In this document: positions 46,142 to 53,334 of the stretch, piece by piece
How positions within the stretch are numbered: the first letter of the stretch is position 1
Layout: every line of letters starts with the position of its first letter
Source of the DNA: Nemertoderma westbladi
Taxonomy: Eukaryota; Animalia; Xenacoelomorpha
Reading direction: 5' to 3'
DNA length: 53,334 bases
NCBI GenBank assembly: GCA_032718475.1
Contig: JAUCBJ010001021.1
Span: forward strand, 1 to 53,334
Translations under genes and position numbers: made by a program
The notes under the pieces: model-generated
Seen by the model: only the letters and a program-made list of their open reading frames with translations
What the model was told of the DNA's origin: nothing
Database searches by the model: none

Positions 46142-48694
46142 AGTCAGTCAGTCAGTCAGTCAGTCAGTCAGTCAGTCAGTCAGTCAGTCAGTCAGTCAGT
46201 CAGTCAGTCAGTCAGTCAGTCAGTCAGTCAGTCAGTCAGTCAGTCAGTCAGTCAGTCAGTCAGTCAGTCAGTCAGTCAGTCAGTCAGTCAGTCAGTCAGT
46301 CAGTCAGTCAGTCAGTCAGTCAGTCAGTCAGTCAGTCAGTCAGTCAGTCAGTCAGTCAGTCAGTCAGTCAGTCAGTCAGTCAGTCAGTCAGTCAGTCAGT
46401 CAGTCAGTCAGTCAGTCAGTCAGTCAGTCAGTCAGTCAGTCAGTCAGTCAGTCAGTCAGTCAGTCAGTCAGTCAGTCAGTCAGTCAGTCAGTCAGTCAGT
46501 CAGTCAGTCAGTCAGTCAGTCAGTCAGTCAGTCAGTCAGTCAGTCAGTCAGTCAGTCAGTCAGTCAGTCAGTCAGTCAGTCAGTCAGTCAGTCAGTCAGT
46601 CAGTCAGTCAGTCAGTCAGTCAGTCAGTCAGTCAGTCAGTCAGTCAGTCAGTCAGTCAGTCAGTCAGTCAGTCAGTCAGTCAGTCAGTCAGTCAGTCAGT
46701 CAGTCAGTCAGTCAGTCAGTCAGTCAGTCAGTCAGTCAGTCAGTCAGTCAGTCAGTCAGTCAGTCAGTCAGTCAGTCAGTCAGTCAGTCAGTCAGTCAGT
46801 CAGTCAGTCAGTCAGTCAGTCAGTCAGTCAGTCAGTCAGTCAGTCAGTCAGTCAGTCAGTCAGTCAGTCAGTCAGTCAGTCAGTCAGTCAGTCAGTCAGT
46901 CAGTCAGTCAGTCAGTCAGTCAGTCAGTCAGTCAGTCAGTCAGTCAGTCAGTCAGTCAGTCAGTCAGTCAGTCAGTCAGTCAGTCAGTCAGTCAGTCAGT
47001 CAGTCAGTCAGTCAGTCAGTCAGTCAGTCAGTCAGTCAGTCAGTCAGTCAGTCAGTCAGTCAGTCAGTCAGTCAGTCAGTCAGTCAGTCAGTCAGTCAGT
47101 CAGTCAGTCAGTCAGTCAGTCAGTCAGTCAGTCAGTCAGTCAGTCAGTCAGTCAGTCAGTCAGTCAGTCAGTCAGTCAGTCAGTCAGTCAGTCAGTCAGT
47201 CAGTCAGTCAGTCAGTCAGTCAGTCAGTCAGTCAGTCAGTCAGTCAGTCAGTCAGTCAGTCAGTCAGTCAGTCAGTCAGTCAGTCAGTCAGTCAGTCAGT
47301 CAGTCAGTCAGTCAGTCAGTCAGTCAGTCAGTCAGTCAGTCAGTCAGTCAGTCAGTCAGTCAGTCAGTCAGTCAGTCAGTCAGTCAGTCAGTCAGTCAGT
47401 CAGTCAGTCAGTCAGTCAGTCAGTCAGTCAGTCAGTCAGTCAGTCAGTCAGTCAGTCAGTCAGTCAGTCAGTCAGTCAGTCAGTCAGTCAGTCAGTCAGT
47501 CAGTCAGTCAGTCAGTCAGTCAGTCAGTCAGTCAGTCAGTCAGTCAGTCAGTCAGTCAGTCAGTCAGTCAGTCAGTCAGTCAGTCAGTCAGTCAGTCAGT
47601 CAGTCAGTCAGTCAGTCAGTCAGTCAGTCAGTCAGTCAGTCAGTCAGTCAGTCAGTCAGTCAGTCAGTCAGTCAGTCAGTCAGTCAGTCAGTCAGTCAGT
47701 CAGTCAGTCAGTCAGTCAGTCAGTCAGTCAGTCAGTCAGTCAGTCAGTCAGTCAGTCAGTCAGTCAGTCAGTCAGTCAGTCAGTCAGTCAGTCAGTCAGT
47801 CAGTCAGTCAGTCAGTCAGTCAGTCAGTCAGTCAGTCAGTCAGTCAGTCAGTCAGTCAGTCAGTCAGTCAGTCAGTCAGTCAGTCAGTCAGTCAGTCAGT
47901 CAGTCAGTCAGTCAGTCAGTCAGTCAGTCAGTCAGTCAGTCAGTCAGTCAGTCAGTCAGTCAGTCAGTCAGTCAGTCAGTCAGTCAGTCAGTCAGTCAGT
48001 CAGTCAGTCAGTCAGTCAGTCAGTCAGTCAGTCAGTCAGTCAGTCAGTCAGTCAGTCAGTCAGTCAGTCAGTCAGTCAGTCAGTCAGTCAGTCAGTCAGT
48101 CAGTCAGTCAGTCAGTCAGTCAGTCAGTCAGTCAGTCAGTCAGTCAGTCAGTCAGTCAGTCAGTCAGTCAGTCAGTCAGTCAGTCAGTCAGTCAGTCAGT
48201 CAGTCAGTCAGTCAGTCAGTCAGTCAGTCAGTCAGTCAGTCAGTCAGTCAGTCAGTCAGTCAGTCAGTCAGTCAGTCAGTCAGTCAGTCAGTCAGTCAGT
48301 CAGTCAGTCAGTCAGTCAGTCAGTCAGTCAGTCAGTCAGTCAGTCAGTCAGTCAGTCAGTCAGTCAGTCAGTCAGTCAGTCAGTCAGTCAGTCAGTCAGT
48401 CAGTCAGTCAGTCAGTCAGTCAGTCAGTCAGTCAGTCAGTCAGTCAGTCAGTCAGTCAGTCAGTCAGTCAGTCAGTCAGTCAGTCAGTCAGTCAGTCAGT
48501 CAGTCAGTCAGTCAGTCAGTCAGTCAGTCAGTCAGTCAGTCAGTCAGTCAGTCAGTCAGTCAGTCAGTCAGTCAGTCAGTCAGTCAGTCAGTCAGTCAGT
48601 CAGTCAGTCAGTCAGTCAGTCAGTCAGTCAGTCAGTCAGTCAGTCAGTCAGTCAGTCAGTCAGTCAGTCAGTCAGTCAGTCAGTCAGTCAGTCA
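46142..48694. repeat. Perfect (TCAG)n microsatellite, about 638 units
   Basis: Uninterrupted AGTC repeats over 2553 bp. Confidence 0.98.
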
Positions 48695-49844
48695 CTGTGT
48701 GCACTGACTGCATGGCTGCACTGTGTGAGATGTTTCCGGGTTTGGCTTTCTAATTACAATTTATATGGTGTGCAACGCGTGGTGTATTGCGCCATTAGAA
48801 AAGTCCTTCTAAGAAATTATAAATTGCCTGATCAAAAGTCCCTTTAGTTGATGTACCGGTACATTTGATTATGTCATAATTAGGCTGTCTTGACCTGAAC
48901 CTCATCTTTACCAGATGATTTAATGGCATGCAAAAAATATTTGAGAGATGTAGTTTACAGAGAGTTATTTTTGGAAGAAACAGCCATTAGTTTTCTTGTT
49001 GAATTCAGTCACATCTATTTTTGTGCTAAAAATTTTTAAAAATATTTTTGCGATATACAGTGTTTGTTTCGGATGATGATAACGATTATTATAGAATACA
49101 AATATAACATTCGAGAACATTTTTTCTAATTTTGAATGTGCCCCCTAGTGCAAGAAAAAAAGTAGTGCAAATTTGACAATAAAATATCACCATGTAATCT
49201 TATTACTGATTTTACAATCTTATTGGTTTTATGGAATGCTCGACAACCAAATATGAAACCAAATTCAATTTTTGGTGTTTGAAATTGTATGCTACTTGTA
49301 TTTTTTGATCTAACAGACAAGCACCAAAAACTATAGTTGCGTTACAATGAAAGATATGTAACGATTTGTATTGTGATCAGCCACCTCGAAAACCGGATAT
49401 CTTCCGCAATTTCAAACACAACATTTTTTAGTTTGAAATTTATATACTTATACTTTTCATCCTGGGCGGGGGCAGAATGCAGCAAAAATGATGGTTGCAA
49501 TGCCCAAAAATATTTGAAACATGTTATGTCATGATCATCAACCTCAAAACTCTTATACCTTCAAAATTGTATCTAATGTAATGTAATCAAAATTATAAAA
49601 AGATCCAGGGAGGGGGGGGGGGGGGGTTGGGGGGCTTGGGGCAGGCAAATTATGTTTTAAAAACAACCTGGGCCAGATATGGTTAACTGCGGTCAACCAA
49701 TGAAGACAATCTATCCTTCAATCGCGGGTATGCACACGGAAAAAGTTATTCGCTAAGTGTTCTAGAACATGGCATTTATGTGGGGTGAGCCACGAAATTG
49801 ATGGAGCCCCATCGAACTGACACTGTTAAGGGGGATAGGTCATT

Positions 49845-50030
49845 AATGACAAATAGTCGTCATTGTCATCATCATTGCCGTTGTCGTTGTTGTCACGGCA
49901 GTCATCATCATTGCCGTTGTCATCATTGTAACCGTTATCATGATTATCACCATTGTCGCCATCATTGCTGTCGTCATTGATGTGGTCATCGTCGATGCCA
50001 TTGTTGTCGTCACCATCGTTACGATTTTCA
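49845..50030. repeat. Degenerate trinucleotide low-complexity tract (CAT/CGT/TGT)
   Basis: Seen directly. Confidence 0.8.
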
Positions 50031-51508
50031 CTGTAAATGAATTTGTTGCATTTACTTATCTACTACTAATTATATTTCCTGATGTCATTATATTTACTTA
50101 CATAGTTTATTGCATTAAAATATTACTACATATGGTAAATATAGAATCGTGTTCCCGATAATCCTATATAGTGTGACTGCTCAGTCATTGTAACGTCTCT
50201 TTGAATCTCCAGGTGCTGCTTCCTTCCCTAATTGAGATGCCACTCGTTTCCCAAGGCCAATGAGAGGAGGTGCGTCCGCCCTCCTCCATTTTGTTTCTGG
50301 ACCCTTGTGGTGGCTTTCGTCACACAACCTTGTTGTCTCCCACATTTGAATTTCCCCTGCCACTGCTGGGATGTTCTGGTCAATGAAGTGTATAACTCCA
50401 GGCATCGCGTAAGTGTTGGACCTTCTCCAGGGCTCTTCGCGAGGCTGCAGTCTTTATTTCTATGTGAATTACTCCAAAATTCTGAGCAACTATCGCTGGG
50501 TAGATATGCACCTTAATGTGCATTAAGGTAATTACGCCATGGTCTGCGTAGCCTTTGAAAGAATGGCACTTCCTCTTCACACTTGTTGCCGTGCAGTATC
50601 GCACCTCTTGTCCTCGATGGTAGTGGTACTTATCACAGTGGTTGTGAAGTATTGGACATGCTTTCACGAGATGGTTCGAGTTGTCAAAATAGAGGCAGGT
50701 CACCTGTGGGATGTGTTGGTATAAACAATCGACGATGACCTTTACACCCACAGTAACTTCATCCATCTAGAATGGTACTACGTCCGAACTCATCTTTGGT
50801 ATCATCTTGCGAGTGTGGTTTACGGAAGCCTCTGTAGATCACAATTTTATTCTTCTTAACTGATGTGAGATGTCAGCGCTTCCTGCTGCAGGGGTGGTCA
50901 AAGAGGGGGGGGGGGGGGGGGGGGGGTGTCAGGGGGGACAATGCCCTGGGCGCAGAGTACAAAGGGGGTGCAAAATTTTAATGAACTAACTAATATAATG
51001 CGTATTATTGCACTCAAACTTGAAATTTTTTTGAAATTCATTCCTTTTTTATTGATAAACTTGAGACATATACTTAGATATTATACTATACAGTCAGACA
51101 GTAGGTAACTCCATTCTTGAAATACCGTGCACACAAAGTGAAGGTGAATTGGATACTACCTCTATTCTGTATTCCACACCTGGCAGACACTTATGAATCG
51201 GGTGTCCGATGGTGCCCCCACTTTTGCCACCAAAAATTAGTTATTGAAACATTGCCTACTGTACCTTCCAGGTAGTGTTGTAGTGAGGGTATTATATCTC
51301 CCATATAAAAATATTGTATGTAATCGATTTGTCACGCCTTCGTAGGCAGCACTATAAAAACACACTCTCTCATGATACTAATTTAGATGCAGTATATAAA
51401 TGACCATATTATTTCCGTCCACATCCCTCTTTCAAACCTCCTATCATTGCCATTCAATATTCAACTGCCCTTTGCCCTTTGCAGTCACCTTCAAACGCCC
51501 AATAAAAC

Positions 51509-51598
51509 CAACACGTTCGTGGGGCCTTCGCGCAGCACGAGGCCTAGTTATTATATACAAATTAAAATTGAGCGACTGTATCACAAAATCAGGTTTTG
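51509..51598 (+). mobile_element. Possible Helitron-like 3' end, duplicated at 53247-53334
   Basis: GC-rich hairpin GGCCTTCGCGCAGCACGAGGCC followed by TAGT (CTAG|T). A related core lies at ~16248-16268. Confidence 0.4.
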
Positions 51599-53334
51599 AG
51601 AAATTTACCCACACCACCAATCAATCAAAGAAAGGGGGACAGTACGTTCACCCCTTTTAATCTCCCCCCCCCCCCCCCCCACCCTTCCCAACCACCAATA
51701 CATAACCGCGACATCTTCCACCCACGGAAGGGTAGCACGAACTTATTTCCAATCGCACGTTAAATATGCAAAGCCAGGTAGTTTATAGGAATATAATAAA
51801 CGCAGTACTCGTTTTCATTATAAGCCTCTTTGCGTTCGTCCTGTTTTGTATTTAAATATATTTCTTAAACGCAGGCTAGGACGATCTTTATAATAATAAT
51901 AACTAGGGATGCGATTAATATGTGAAGCCAGGTGGTTTATATAATAATTTAGTCAACGCAGTACTCGTCTTCATTATATGCCTCGTTGCGCTCGTCGCTT
52001 GTCCTGTTTTGTCATAAAATATTTTTCCTAAACGCAGACTGACGATCTTTATACAGTTATAACTATACGAAGTTTCGAAACTGTGCGAGTAACTGTTGAT
52101 ACATCTATGTGGAGATGTGTGATATGTGGAGATGTGTGATACAACGCCAACGCATCTTATGCCGATGTAGTAATATGGGTATTGAAATAATATTAAATCA
52201 ATGTACACTCTTAAAGCTGCAGCGAAAAAATGTAGCTAATTTCCTAGGTTACATATAAAATAATAATATTATTTTTAAGAACATTAATTTTACTACTTTG
52301 CAAAAATTCAATTAAAAAATAACCAGACATATACATTGTGGAATAAACTATTTCAGAAGCCTACAACAGCCATGCCATGGATTGTATTTATGTTATTATA
52401 TCTGTTATTTAACTGAGATAGCAATAGTAGTAGTAGTCGAACGGTTATGCGGCCCGTCCAGCCTATAATAAACACAATTCAGTGATTGGGCTGGAATAGC
52501 AATACTGGTTGCCTCTATTACAATTCCTCTCAGGTTAGTCTACAGCCACAACTCCCAGCAGCTAGCTCTACACCAGCAGAGACTTGACCAATAATGGGAA
52601 GGATTAAATCTGTACTCAATAATTGTGCGGTTTAATTACGTTTAGATCAATTAAAGACACATTTATTAAAGCAAATCACTTAAACTAATTAAAAACTATA
52701 ATAGAATGGCGTATGGGGATTATATCTGTATAATTTTTAAGTATAATTATTTAAATCTTATACTGTAAAACAATTAATTTCCTTTAAAAGTCAGGTTGAA
52801 AATGGCGTTTTCACCGCAATCAACTTAATTAACTAATTAACTGCTATTATCTTAGCTTCTCGAAGGCCACACGGAAATTCTACTTGGAAAATTTCTAAAC
52901 TTTTGCCAAACAACATGTGTACCAAGTTTGGATAGATTTCATCAAAGATTGGCCGAGTTATTAACGTTTAAAATTGAACACGACAGAACGACAGAACGAC
53001 AGGTTGATTAATGGTACCACTACGCTAAGGCTCACTCACTTCGTGGCTCGCCCCACAGTCAGTAAGATCTTCCCTGGCATCTCTCCCAATAGGAGAGCCT
53101 CACTCTCATTAGCCTGCCTAAACCTCTATTACACACATCATCCAGGGAAGCTCTGTTAAATTATTATATCCAATAAACTCTCAGTAAGATAAAGTTTTAT
53201 TGGACAGATTTCACCTGTCAATTTCAATTATAACTTTAAGGTGTATTAACACGTTCGTGGGGCCTTCGCGCAGCACGAGGCCCAGTTATGAGATACAAAT
53301 TAAAATTGTGCGACTGTATCACAAAATCAGGTTA

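Noticed and set aside
46129-48753. 874-aa SQSV ORF
   Set aside because: It is just the translation of the (TCAG)n microsatellite.
50181-50810. GC-richer stretch with short ORFs
   Set aside because: Probably a decayed mobile-element fragment, but I recognise no diagnostic motif.

Overview
AT-rich, repeat-dense animal (probably invertebrate) genomic DNA, not prokaryotic. It holds one clear host gene: a minus-strand TTC39/IML2-family TPR gene with four phase-compatible coding exons at 21293-6537. The main feature is a ~19.2-kb, decayed Bel/Pao LTR retrotransposon on the minus strand (25385-44611), with ~2.2-kb LTRs and a 5-bp AATAT target-site duplication. Beyond gag-pro-RT-RH-IN, it has three unusual traits. 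(i) An accessory region in the env position rebuilds to a ~1000-aa protein with WRN/EXD/Mut-7-like DEDDy 3'-5' exonuclease motifs, three CCHC zinc knuckles and an RS/RG-rich tail, plus a second small Cys/His ORF. (ii) Twelve copies of a 20-nt hairpin (GGAAGGCT-N4-AGCCTACC) are scattered through all three reading frames and non-coding DNA, and one copy has a compensatory base-pair change. (iii) Both LTRs carry a tRNA-like A/B-box cassette in U3, and I see no canonical PBS. Separately, the TTC39 introns contain minimal type I hammerhead ribozymes, three of them set between tRNA-like A and B boxes. The remainder is minisatellites, LINE, MITE and Helentron-like fragments, and a 2.55-kb perfect (TCAG)n tract. 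All family calls are by-eye motif recognition; no searches were run.
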